32,000 nt of DNA from Candidatus Iainarchaeum sp. GTDB lineage: Archaea > Iainarchaeota > Iainarchaeia > Iainarchaeales > 0-14-0-20-34-12. Shown here one piece after another: positions 1 to 7,915 of the stretch. The DNA lies in the NCBI GenBank assembly GCA_030649345.1, contig JAUSKK010000020.1, forward strand, positions 2,010-34,009. Reading direction: 5' to 3'. The position numbers were made by a program, and so were the translations under genes. The notes under the pieces were generated by a model. That model did not search any database and was not told where the DNA came from. It was given only the letters and a program-made list of their open reading frames with translations. Position 1 is the stretch's first letter; the number at the start of each line of letters is the position of its first letter.

Positions 1-22
1 GAAAAGAAAAAATAATAAAGTA

Positions 23-346
23 ATGGTTAAAGAAAAAAATTGGTTATTTCAGGTTTCCTGCAAAAACAAACAAGAAGCACAAAAAATTGGAAAAATTTTA
101 TTAAACGAAAAACTCATTGCCTGTGCAAATATTATTCCAAAAATGGAAAGCATGTATTGGTGGAGTGAAAAAATTGAACAAAGTACGGAAAGTTTATTGG
201 TTGGAAAAACAACGAAAAAGTTAAGCAAAAAAGTAGAAAAACGAATCCAAGAACTGCATTCCTATAACTCGCCATGCATTGAATTTATTGAAATTCAAAC
301 CAATGCAAAATGTGCTAATTGGATAAGCCAAGTTACTCAAAAGTAA
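23..346 (+). CDS. cutA: CutA1 divalent-cation tolerance protein
   Basis: 107-aa ORF with CutA size and core pattern (KLIACANIIP...MESMYWW..KIE...E.LLVGKT...HSYNSPCIEFIEI). Confidence 0.8.
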   Translation: MVKEKNWLFQVSCKNKQEAQKIGKILLNEKLIACANIIPKMESMYWWSEKIEQSTESLLVGKTTKKLSKKVEKRIQELHSYNSPCIEFIEIQTNAKCANWISQVTQK

Positions 347-357
347 GTTACACGACA

Positions 358-366
358 CTATTTTAA
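358..366 (+). promoter_or_regulatory. TATA-like box upstream of the candidate structured RNA
   Basis: TATTTTAAT is centred about 26-27 nt upstream of G390, the first base of the GAGCAGGGG helix strand. Protein genes in this window show the same TATA-to-start spacing. Confidence 0.35.
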
Positions 367-389
367 TTCTTTTTACCCTAAAAATATAC

Positions 390-603
390 GAGCAGGGGCG
401 TGTCGAGTTCTTTCAAAAGAATTCAACCAACTCTCTTAGCAAGTGTTCCCCTGCTCACTTCTTACAATTAAGACAGCTGTGCTGGAATGAAATGCAAGCA
501 CAATAAAACTGAGAGTTTTATGTGCATCAAAATCAACGGATTTTGATTGCACAGCGTGCCACCAGCCCTCACCAGGGATGCCCTGCTCACTCTTATTAAT
601 TAA
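390..603 (+). ncRNA. Candidate structured non-coding RNA, class not recognised
   Basis: GC-rich island in AT-rich spacer with no ORF. Helices: 390-398 GAGCAGGGG with 448-456 CCCCTGCTC (or with 581-588); hairpins at 405-424, 498-525 and 526-547 (a perfect 9 bp); 476-482 GCTGTGC with 549-555 GCACAGC. One pair in the 405-424 hairpin is G-U on the + strand and would be an A-C mismatch on the - strand, which favours the + strand. An A/T-rich tract follows. Confidence 0.45.
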
Positions 604-678
604 TAAAATTTTGCCAAATTATTGGACAAGACCAAGATATAAAAACAGGAAAGTTCTAATTACAGTAAGGGATCAAAA

Positions 679-1068
679 ATGGCTATTATGAAAAACAACA
701 AAGGAAAATTGAAAAAAGAAAGCGAACAAGATAAGTTTTCAGAAAAAGGAAAAGACTGGGCTGGAAAAAGCAAAACAGACGAAGACGACGAAATTATCGA
801 CAAAGAAGACAAAGAATCAGATACGGATGTTTACAGCGAAAAAACAGACGAGCGATTATTGGACGAAGATGAAATGAACCCAGGAGATGCTGGATTCCTC
901 GAAGGATATGCTGAACCTAAACTAATTCAATGCAGAAATAAATGCGATGAAAATGTAGACGTAGAAAATCCAGTGGTTCGAGACATTAAAGGAAAAGAAC
1001 ACTATTTTTGTTCCGAAGAATGTGCCAATGAATTTGCACGCAAAGGACACGGCAAAAAAAAAGACTAA
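679..1068 (+). CDS. Acidic/lysine-rich protein with C-terminal YHS/TRASH-like Cys4 metal-binding motif
   Basis: 129-aa ORF. The N-terminal region is low-complexity and rich in K, D and E. The C-terminus reads CRNKC-x23-YFCSEECANEF, which resembles the C..C...YFCS..C..F pattern of YHS/TRASH domains. Confidence 0.6.
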   Translation: MAIMKNNKGKLKKESEQDKFSEKGKDWAGKSKTDEDDEIIDKEDKESDTDVYSEKTDERLLDEDEMNPGDAGFLEGYAEPKLIQCRNKCDENVDVENPVVRDIKGKEHYFCSEECANEFARKGHGKKKD

Positions 1069-1077
1069 GGGATAAAA

Positions 1078-1425
1078 TTGAAAGAAAGCGCTTGCGCACT
1101 CATTGAAGAAAAAAAAGAAATTTTACTTGTTCTAGAAAACAATGGAACCTGGAGTTTTCCGGGCGGAAAAAAAGAAATCAATGAAACTCTAGAAGATACG
1201 GCAGTACGAGAAACCTTTGAAGAAACTGGGTTAAAAATTTCCATTGCACGAAAACTAGGATATTACAGTTACGACAATACTCAAAAGCATGTGTTTGTTG
1301 GAAAAATTTCAGGCGGAAATTTAAAACAAGGAAAATGGTTTCCTATTGAAGATGTTTTGAATGCTAAAATTCCTTTAAAACGAAAATACATTCCTTTAGC
1401 TTTACGGGATTATCTGAGTCATTAA
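1078..1425 (+). CDS. Nudix (MutT-family) hydrolase
   Basis: Nudix box GGKKEINETLEDTAVRETFEETGL (GX5EX7REUXEEXGU). It has a TTG start, preceded by TAAGGGAT; the same motif precedes the start at 679. Confidence 0.8.
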   Translation: MKESACALIEEKKEILLVLENNGTWSFPGGKKEINETLEDTAVRETFEETGLKISIARKLGYYSYDNTQKHVFVGKISGGNLKQGKWFPIEDVLNAKIPLKRKYIPLALRDYLSH

Positions 1426-1465
1426 GGCAGATGGATTTTTATTTGTTCAGTTCCTCATTTATTCA

Positions 1466-2131
1466 ATGAATACTTACAAAGAATACATTGCTGAATTTAT
1501 TGCAACTTTTGCTTTAATTTTTTTTGGAGCAGGCTCTGTAGTCATGGCTGGATTATTGAATCCAAGTTACGGTGTTTTAGGCGTTGCTTTAGCTCATGGA
1601 TTAATTTTAATGGCCATGATTTATGCCACAGGACATATTAGCGGAGCACACATTAATCCAGCAGTAACTGTGGCTATGGCATTGGTTAAAAAAATCCAGC
1701 CATTGAAAGCTGTGAAATATATTATTGCTCAATTGGCTGGAGCTAGTACAGCTGGGTTTATTTTGTTAATCATTTTTCCAGTCATGCCTTCGAATTTAGG
1801 AACTACAGATTTAGCTTCCAATATTAGTTTCAGTACAGGAATTTTAATTGAAGCCATTTTGACTTTCTTTTTAGTATTTGTGATTTTCAATACTGCAGTT
1901 GAAAAACACGAAAATAATACTATGGCAGGATTTGCTATTGGAATGACTTTAGCTGTAAGTATTTTATTCGGCGGAGCTTTAACTGGAGCCAGCTTAAATC
2001 CAGCCAGATCTTTTGGACCGGCTTTGGCTTCAGGCCATTGGGCAAACCAAATAGTTTACTGGATCGGTCCAATAGTTGGAGCCTGCATTGCTGGATTGGT
2101 TTACGAATTTGTTTTAAAGAAAAAACAATAA
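1466..2131 (+). CDS. aqpM: Aquaporin / MIP-family channel (AqpM-like)
   Basis: 221 aa with six hydrophobic segments and two NPA motifs (HINPAVT, SLNPARS). Confidence 0.9.
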   Translation: MNTYKEYIAEFIATFALIFFGAGSVVMAGLLNPSYGVLGVALAHGLILMAMIYATGHISGAHINPAVTVAMALVKKIQPLKAVKYIIAQLAGASTAGFILLIIFPVMPSNLGTTDLASNISFSTGILIEAILTFFLVFVIFNTAVEKHENNTMAGFAIGMTLAVSILFGGALTGASLNPARSFGPALASGHWANQIVYWIGPIVGACIAGLVYEFVLKKKQ

Positions 2132-3070
2132 TTAAATTGGGCCTTTTAAAGTTAAAGTCAAAATAATAAAAGCTACGTATAAGGCTAAAAATATTTTTCC
2201 TTGTTTTCGTCCAATGCCTTCGTGTTTGAATAAATAATAAACCAAAAATGAATTTGCAATTACAATAAACGCCAAAGCCAAAGAATAAACTCCAAAATCA
2301 ATTTGTGCAGGAGAAATAATTAATACAGAACCCAAGATCAAAGTCAAATTTGTGACAGTAGAACCCAAAATATCTCCAATGGCCAATGCAGTCTGGCCGC
2401 GGCGAATGGCAGTAAAATCTATTACCAGCTCAGGCAAAGTGGTTCCAAAAGAAACCAAAGTCAAGCCAATCACAGCTTCGCTGATGTTTAAATAGCGTGC
2501 AAAAAAGATTGCATTGTCTACAACAAATTTAGAACTTACTATAACCAAAGCAAGGCCAGCCAATAATTCTAACAAAGCAAAACGCCATTCTTTTTTAGAT
2601 AAATTATCCGGTATTTTTAAACTAAAATGTTCTTTCATTACAAAAAAACAATAAAACAAAAAAGCCACCAGCAAAACCAAACCTTCATTGCGGCCGACAA
2701 AACCACGGGACAAAATCAGCATAGGAACAATGGAAATCAACAGCAATAATTCAGCGCTATCCAAAGTATGTCTGCGGTCGACTGAAACATGTTTGACTAA
2801 AGTCACAATTCCTAAAACCAAACAAATATTTGCAATACTAGAACCCAAAGCATCTCCAATACCTAAATCAGGTTTTCCTTGCAAACTTGAAATAACAGAT
2901 ACAACTAAATCCGGTAAAGAAACAGCCATGGAAACAATAATGAAACCAATCGCTAACTGAGAAATGCCCAAATGTTTAGAAACTTTAATGGAAGCATCAA
3001 TTACCCATTGAGAAGATTTAACCAAGACAATAAATGCCAGCAAAAAAATGCCTAATTCTAACCAGACCAT
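2132..3070 (-). CDS. Na+/Ca2+ exchanger family (CaCA, YrbG/NCX_Mj-like) membrane protein
   Basis: 312-aa polytopic protein with two alpha-repeat signatures (GDALGSSIANI and GDILGSTVTNL). Confidence 0.85.
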   Translation of the reverse strand: MVWLELGIFLLAFIVLVKSSQWVIDASIKVSKHLGISQLAIGFIIVSMAVSLPDLVVSVISSLQGKPDLGIGDALGSSIANICLVLGIVTLVKHVSVDRRHTLDSAELLLLISIVPMLILSRGFVGRNEGLVLLVAFLFYCFFVMKEHFSLKIPDNLSKKEWRFALLELLAGLALVIVSSKFVVDNAIFFARYLNISEAVIGLTLVSFGTTLPELVIDFTAIRRGQTALAIGDILGSTVTNLTLILGSVLIISPAQIDFGVYSLALAFIVIANSFLVYYLFKHEGIGRKQGKIFLALYVAFIILTLTLKGPI

Positions 3071-3102
3071 GCATTAGATTAAGATAAAAAGAGATAAAAA
3101 AG

Positions 3103-3261
3103 GAAGGTTTAAGCAAGTTATTTAAACTTGAAAAAAACATATTAATTATGTTAAGAAAATTGGTTTTATTTTCATTTCTGATTTTTTTACTGGGATGTGC
3201 AACTCCAGAAACTAAAGATGAAAATACGTTAAATCCAGTTAATGTTCAATCAGATTTGAAT
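3103..3261 (+). repeat. Duplicated promoter plus signal-peptide module, copy 1
   Basis: About 160 bp, near-identical to 4641-4800. It starts at GAAGGTTTAAGCAAGTTATTTAAACTT, runs through the start codon and lipobox, and ends at AATCAGATTTGAAT. Confidence 0.85.
3118..3126 (+). promoter_or_regulatory. TATA box of M64-like lipoprotein gene 1
   Basis: TTATTTAAA begins 30 nt upstream of the ATG at 3148, with no SD sequence. It is conserved in the paralogous copy at 4656-4664. Confidence 0.5.
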
Positions 3262-4605
3262 ATAGAAAATTCATCTAATTCTACTCAGAGTAACACAAAC
3301 ATTATTCGGCTAACAGAAGAACAATTAGAACAAACAGCAGTAAGATATTGTGACACTGATCGCGGCAATAACTCATATGTAAAAGGAACTTATGACATAA
3401 CAAGAGAAAAAGCTGGAAGAACTGAAACACTGCAAGGAGAAGATACATGCATAGATTCAAATACTTTAAACGAAATCGGTTGTTCTTATCGTGGTGGTTT
3501 CACAGAAGGAATTGAAACGTGTAAAAATGGATGTATAAATGGTGCTTGCATAGAAGACCGAGATCCAGATAAATGCATAAAACTAAAAGAGGGAACATTT
3601 TCAGGCAAGAAACTAAATATTGTTTTTGTAGGATCCAGCTATAAAGATGAAAATGCATTTAAGAATGCAATCAATCACACACTAGGCATTGATGGACAAA
3701 AAATAGGAATTTTTTCAATAGAACCATTCAAATCAAATTTGAATTATTTTGACATATATTATGTTAATGAAATTGCAGGACTCACGGAAATAGATCCTAC
3801 TGCCAGTATGTTCGTTGCACCGACTGAAATTAAGTTTGCTGAAAATTGCAGTAAAAAATTGTCTGACTTTTATATAATCGATCTAGCACCTGAATTGAGC
3901 GTTACACCCCATGCAACACAAAGCAATTCAAATTTAAGCCGGCCAACAGTGATTACAACAAGTCTAAAAATTGGAATTGAAGGAAATTCAATATGCTCTA
4001 AAAAAGGCATTGTGCCTAATAGTCGTGAATGCGATGAATACATGAAAACATTTAACTTTGAAAATGACGAGGATGTAACCCTTATATTATTGCATGAATT
4101 TGGACACAGTTTTGGAAATTTTGGTGAAGAATATTTTTCTCAAGAAATGAGCCTTGGACCTTACAGCACAATAAATTTAAAGGACAATTGTTATACTGAA
4201 ATACGTTCTCCTGCTGAAGGGAAAACTACTATAGAAGACTGTAAAGAAAAAGCCAGCTGGAAAGATTTAATTGGAAATGGATGCGGACAAGATGGAATCA
4301 TAGATTGCACAGAACAAGATGCAAACCAAATACTAGAAGTTGGCTGCTACGAAGGATGTGGGAAAGAAATTGAAGGAAGTTACCGAAGTGTACTTAATAG
4401 TGTTATGAATCAGCATAGTGAAAGCAGACTAAAAGAATTAATGCCTCATGTATTCGGACAAGCTAACGAAAGACAACTTTGCTGCCAAATACTCACTCAA
4501 ATTGGAGAAGTTAATGGTTATTGCAATAAATTTAACACAAACGGATTAAACTTAATTGACTATTGCATGAACCACACCATTGGATTGACATTAGAAAATC
4601 AATAA
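3148..4605 (+). CDS. Secreted/lipoprotein zinc metallopeptidase, peptidase M64 (IgA-peptidase)-like
   Basis: Signal peptide with lipobox (FLLGCATPE). M64-like block KLNIVFVGSSYKDENAFKNAI...FSIEPFKSNLNYFDIYYV. Zinc site LLHEFGHSFGNFGEEY. Many Cys residues. Confidence 0.75.
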   Translation: MLRKLVLFSFLIFLLGCATPETKDENTLNPVNVQSDLNIENSSNSTQSNTNIIRLTEEQLEQTAVRYCDTDRGNNSYVKGTYDITREKAGRTETLQGEDTCIDSNTLNEIGCSYRGGFTEGIETCKNGCINGACIEDRDPDKCIKLKEGTFSGKKLNIVFVGSSYKDENAFKNAINHTLGIDGQKIGIFSIEPFKSNLNYFDIYYVNEIAGLTEIDPTASMFVAPTEIKFAENCSKKLSDFYIIDLAPELSVTPHATQSNSNLSRPTVITTSLKIGIEGNSICSKKGIVPNSRECDEYMKTFNFENDEDVTLILLHEFGHSFGNFGEEYFSQEMSLGPYSTINLKDNCYTEIRSPAEGKTTIEDCKEKASWKDLIGNGCGQDGIIDCTEQDANQILEVGCYEGCGKEIEGSYRSVLNSVMNQHSESRLKELMPHVFGQANERQLCCQILTQIGEVNGYCNKFNTNGLNLIDYCMNHTIGLTLENQ

Positions 4606-4640
4606 CATTTTTTCAATGAATTCACAGGTTAAACAAAAAA

Positions 4641-4800
4641 GAAGGTTTAAGCAAGTTATTTAAACTTCGAAAAAAACATATTGATTATGTTAAAAAAATT
4701 AGTTTTGTTTTCATTTCTGATTCTTTTGTTAGGATGCACGATTCCAGAAACTAACGATAACAATGGTTTAAATTCAGCTGATGCTGAATCAGATTTGAAT
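4641..4800 (+). repeat. Duplicated promoter plus signal-peptide module, copy 2
   Basis: Direct repeat of 3103-3261 with scattered substitutions and one 1-nt indel. Confidence 0.85.
4656..4664 (+). promoter_or_regulatory. TATA box of M64-like lipoprotein gene 2
   Basis: TTATTTAAA begins 31 nt upstream of the ATG at 4687 and is identical to the element at 3118-3126. Confidence 0.5.
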
Positions 4801-6039
4801 TTAATGAACTTAAATCCAGCAAATAATTCTGTTGATTTAAATACAGGTTCTACTATTCCAGATATTGCAAAAACCAATACAGAAGTTTTTCCAGATATTT
4901 CCAATGCAAATTTTGACGAAAATTGTATTCTAATTAAAGGAGAAGGAAATCCTTTGAATAAATTTAATTTTTTAGTTATAGGCGCAGAGTATCCTGAACA
5001 ATCGGAACGAATTGAATATGCTGAACCTACTAAATATGGCGGAGTTTACAAAATTTTTGGATCCTTTAAAGAAGATTTAAAGGCATTTCGAGAAAATGTT
5101 TACCAAATGCAAACCAATCCAATCCAAATTGAAAGTACTTCTTTTTTTTCTGAAACCAAAAACTTAATGAATTTTTATGCAATGAAAACTAACCTGAATG
5201 TTTTCAACGAAGGCAATTGGTGCTGCAATGAACCGGTATTATTGCAAGAAATTAAAAACAATTGTTCCATTCCAGTTGATTTTGTAATGATTATGCGTGC
5301 TGTGCCCAGTAAATTACATTCAACACTGCCACCCATTCATGCCAAAATAAATGGAAATCTTATGGCACTTTATAGCCCAGGAATTGACTTTCAAGAAAAT
5401 GGACAACCAAGTTCATCGAATACATTCTCAATTTCAACAAACATTGACAGACATGAATTTGGCCATGCATTTATTGGAATGAATCACTTTTTAGATTCCA
5501 GCAGCCAAAGTTTTAGCCCGCCAACAAACCCAAATTATATTGCCACTTACCGCACAGATATTGATGTCAGTGGTTGTCCAAAATGGTGTTCGGGAGAATT
5601 GAATACGTCTGCAGTTTGTTATCCGGTTTATGAAGGATTTGCATCTTGCTTGAATGATTGGTCCGCCTTGGTTGACTGGTCATCCGATGAAAAACAAAAT
5701 ATGTCTGAAGACGTAGCCTTATCGTGCTGGGAAACATGGAATGAAAAATCCAATAGCGAACTGGGCTATGGTTTAGCTTCATGTGATCTTGGAACAAACT
5801 GCATGCAAGGAACTGGTTGTTTTTTTACACACGATAATGTTTACACTTGGCGTCAAAATCTAAGCGATGCTATGGGGGGCATAAACATAAACGCTACCAA
5901 TTCAACATTGTCTGCTCAAGAATTATTTGCAATGTATGGCAGTTACACGCTTGGTAAAATGAAAGAAAAAGTGAATACAATTATTCAATACCATCAAACA
6001 ACAGGAAACGGATATTTTTTCAGTCTTTTTTTAGATTAA
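4687..6039 (+). CDS. Divergent paralogue of the M64-like lipoprotein metallopeptidase
   Basis: Start placed at ATG 4687 by alignment with its neighbour (MLKKLVLFSFLILLLGCTIPE against MLRKLVLFSFLIFLLGCATPE). The ORF track begins at TTG 4681. It has FNFLVIGAEY and RHEFGHAF (HEXXH) and is Cys-rich. Confidence 0.65.
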   Translation: MLKKLVLFSFLILLLGCTIPETNDNNGLNSADAESDLNLMNLNPANNSVDLNTGSTIPDIAKTNTEVFPDISNANFDENCILIKGEGNPLNKFNFLVIGAEYPEQSERIEYAEPTKYGGVYKIFGSFKEDLKAFRENVYQMQTNPIQIESTSFFSETKNLMNFYAMKTNLNVFNEGNWCCNEPVLLQEIKNNCSIPVDFVMIMRAVPSKLHSTLPPIHAKINGNLMALYSPGIDFQENGQPSSSNTFSISTNIDRHEFGHAFIGMNHFLDSSSQSFSPPTNPNYIATYRTDIDVSGCPKWCSGELNTSAVCYPVYEGFASCLNDWSALVDWSSDEKQNMSEDVALSCWETWNEKSNSELGYGLASCDLGTNCMQGTGCFFTHDNVYTWRQNLSDAMGGININATNSTLSAQELFAMYGSYTLGKMKEKVNTIIQYHQTTGNGYFFSLFLD

Positions 6040-6085
6040 CCAAATCAGCGAAAGGAACTTCCGCATAACCCTTGCATTACAAGCG

Positions 6086-6643
6086 TTAACGGAATGAGCT
6101 GCCGCAGGCACACGAACTTTTTGCATTTGGATTCGTGATTTTGAAGCCTGCGCCTTGCAAACCATCTATGTAATCAATTTCCAAGCCTTGCAGCATGGTT
6201 AAATGATTTCCATCTACAAAAAATTTAACTCCGCCCAATTCAATGACTTCATCGCCTGGCACAGATTCTTTGGCAAACATTAAACCATACGAAAAACCAG
6301 CACAACCACCCGGAGAAACACTTAAACGCAAACCAGAATCAGTGCGTTCTTGTTTTTGCATTAATTCTTTAATTTTAGTAATGGCATTTTGAGAAACATT
6401 CATTAAACCATTTTTCCCTTTCAAAGTAACATTTTCAGCAATTCTTTTATTGGCATCTTGAACTAAAGCTTCCAATTGTTCTTCAGTCCAGCCTTGAGTT
6501 AAAGCAATTTGTTCCAAAGTATCTTCCGCCGGCATACTGCAGCCATTCACTGGCAAACCAGCATCACCCAAAACAGGCAATAAACCAGGATGTTTTTTTA
6601 CTAAATCGCCTAAAGTCCAAGACTTATTGATTACATCAGCCAT
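6086..6643 (-). CDS. Fusion of a DUF1858-like N-terminal domain with an A-type Fe-S carrier (IscA/HesB/ErpA)
   Basis: The C-terminal half reads LRLSVSPGGCAGFSYGL...KITNPNAKSSCACGSSF, the HesB/IscA signature. The N-terminal roughly 70 aa (TLGDLVKKHPGLLPVL...GCSMPAEDTLEQIA) resembles DUF1858. Confidence 0.75.
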   Translation of the reverse strand: MADVINKSWTLGDLVKKHPGLLPVLGDAGLPVNGCSMPAEDTLEQIALTQGWTEEQLEALVQDANKRIAENVTLKGKNGLMNVSQNAITKIKELMQKQERTDSGLRLSVSPGGCAGFSYGLMFAKESVPGDEVIELGGVKFFVDGNHLTMLQGLEIDYIDGLQGAGFKITNPNAKSSCACGSSFR

Positions 6644-6712
6644 GCAAAAATCTCCTTACTTAAACAATACTAGGCTAAAAAGTATAAAAAAGAAATGGTA
6701 CAATTGCCCAGT

Positions 6713-7276
6713 TTACATGGTTAAGTGTTGTTTTTCTCTGTTTTCTTTAATTAAGCTGAAAATTTTGTGCTGTAGTTCTTCTGGATTTGGAACAGCTAAC
6801 AGCATTCCTTCGGCTCCAAACCTAGAGCCTGGCTGATAAGAAAATTGACCAGCTAAAGATTGAATATGCAAAGAACCAAAACCAAACAAAGATTCCACAA
6901 AACTACGGGAAATAACTACATCTGAAATTCGCTCAAATGGAATAGAATTAATAGAATAACCAATAAAACCTCGCTTAACTGCAATGCGTTTATTGGTAAT
7001 CCAATAATTGGTTTTATCATAAGTCCAGCTAGCACTTACATATGCAATCAAGGTAGGAACAATTAAAAAAATTAATAAAGCTAAAAAAATTCCAGTATTA
7101 AAGCCAGTTAAAAAAATTAATGGAATAGCAATCCAAATTCCAAGAAATAAAAAAAGAAAAATTAAAGCAAAAAAACTAGTCAAAAAAAAATACGTTTTCA
7201 AAGCAGGCAAAGGCTTAATGGCTTGCACAATCTCTTCACCTTCAATTAAAGAAAAACCTAAAGCATCCATAAACAT
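6713..7276 (-). CDS. Membrane protein with bacterial-type PH domain (bPH_2 / YdbT-like)
   Basis: Two or three TM segments followed by YWITNKRIAVKRGFIGYSINSIPFERISDVVISRSFVESLFGFGSLHIQS, typical of PF03703. Confidence 0.65.
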   Translation of the reverse strand: MFMDALGFSLIEGEEIVQAIKPLPALKTYFFLTSFFALIFLFLFLGIWIAIPLIFLTGFNTGIFLALLIFLIVPTLIAYVSASWTYDKTNYWITNKRIAVKRGFIGYSINSIPFERISDVVISRSFVESLFGFGSLHIQSLAGQFSYQPGSRFGAEGMLLAVPNPEELQHKIFSLIKENREKQHLTM

Positions 7277-7300
7277 ATTTGGAATAAATCAGTATTTAAA

Positions 7301-7864
7301 TTATTCTTTATCTGAACTAATTCTTGAAGCTTCAGGCCCTTTTTGTTTTAGATATTTGGAATTCGTTTTATTGTACGGTTTTTCGCTGGGACTGGATAAT
7401 TGATCAAAAGTTAGTCTGCATACACGCGTGTTGGGCCAGAGGCAAACTGGCAAACGAGATAAATTGGTAATTTCCAAAGTGATATTTCCTTCAAAGCCTG
7501 GATCAATAGAACCAGCAGTGGAATGCACCACAATACCCAATCTTCCAAGAGAAGAACGGCCATCTAAACGTCCGAGTAAATCGTTCGGCATTTTAATATA
7601 TTCTTTAGTCATGCCTAAAACAAATTCGCCTGGATGAATTACAAAAGGTTTGTCTTTAGGAACCTCAATTAAATCCATTAAGTCTTCAGCCAAGCCAATC
7701 CGAGTATCAATATGGGTAATTTCTGAATGTTTGAATACACGAAACTGGTTTCCGAGATGAAGGTCCACTTTGGCTGCGTCAATAAAATTCCAATCCAAAC
7801 CTTCGATTACTAATTTTTTGGATTCCAAAGCTTGCTTAATATCCCGGTCACTTAAAACAGTCAT
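7301..7864 (-). CDS. dcd: dCTP deaminase (possibly bifunctional dCTP deaminase/dUTPase)
   Basis: MTVLSDRDIKQALE...HPGEFVLGMTKE...LDGRSSLGRLGIVVHSTAGSIDPGFEGNITLEI. The start is set at ATG 7864. The longer ORF to 7963 would overlap the divergent gene and its promoter. Confidence 0.85.
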   Translation of the reverse strand: MTVLSDRDIKQALESKKLVIEGLDWNFIDAAKVDLHLGNQFRVFKHSEITHIDTRIGLAEDLMDLIEVPKDKPFVIHPGEFVLGMTKEYIKMPNDLLGRLDGRSSLGRLGIVVHSTAGSIDPGFEGNITLEITNLSRLPVCLWPNTRVCRLTFDQLSSPSEKPYNKTNSKYLKQKGPEASRISSDKE

Positions 7865-7884
7865 ACAAGAATATGTTACAAAAC

Positions 7885-7895
7885 TATTTAATAAA
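7885..7895. promoter_or_regulatory. Central shared TATA element of the divergent pair dcd / 7916 ORF
   Basis: TATTTAATAAA is centred at 7890, exactly midway between ATG 7864 (-) and ATG 7916 (+). Confidence 0.45.
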
Positions 7896-7915
7896 CTACA
7901 ATACTTTAATTCTAA

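Noticed and set aside
390-603. Assigning the structured island to SRP (7S) RNA, RNase P RNA, a C/D box sRNA or an H/ACA sRNA.
   Set aside because: On either strand I could not find a GNAR-capped helix 8 with AGCA/GA loops, GGAAAGUCC-type CR-I or CR-V motifs, RUGAUGA/CUGA box pairs, or an ACA box at the right distance from a pocket. It is left as class unknown.
2688-2960. 90-aa + strand ORF inside the CaCA exchanger gene. The same applies to other antisense ORFs in the track: 4656-4904, 5567-5797, 8397-8738, 8572-8754, 8919-9218, 9377-10133, 11186-11434, 17731-18015, 18969-19298, 23005-23580, 23689-24921, 25942-26232 and 31664-31960.
   Set aside because: These are shadow ORFs on the strand opposite clearly identifiable genes. 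They have no motifs and no promoter geometry, and their composition is what antisense reading of AT-rich coding DNA produces.
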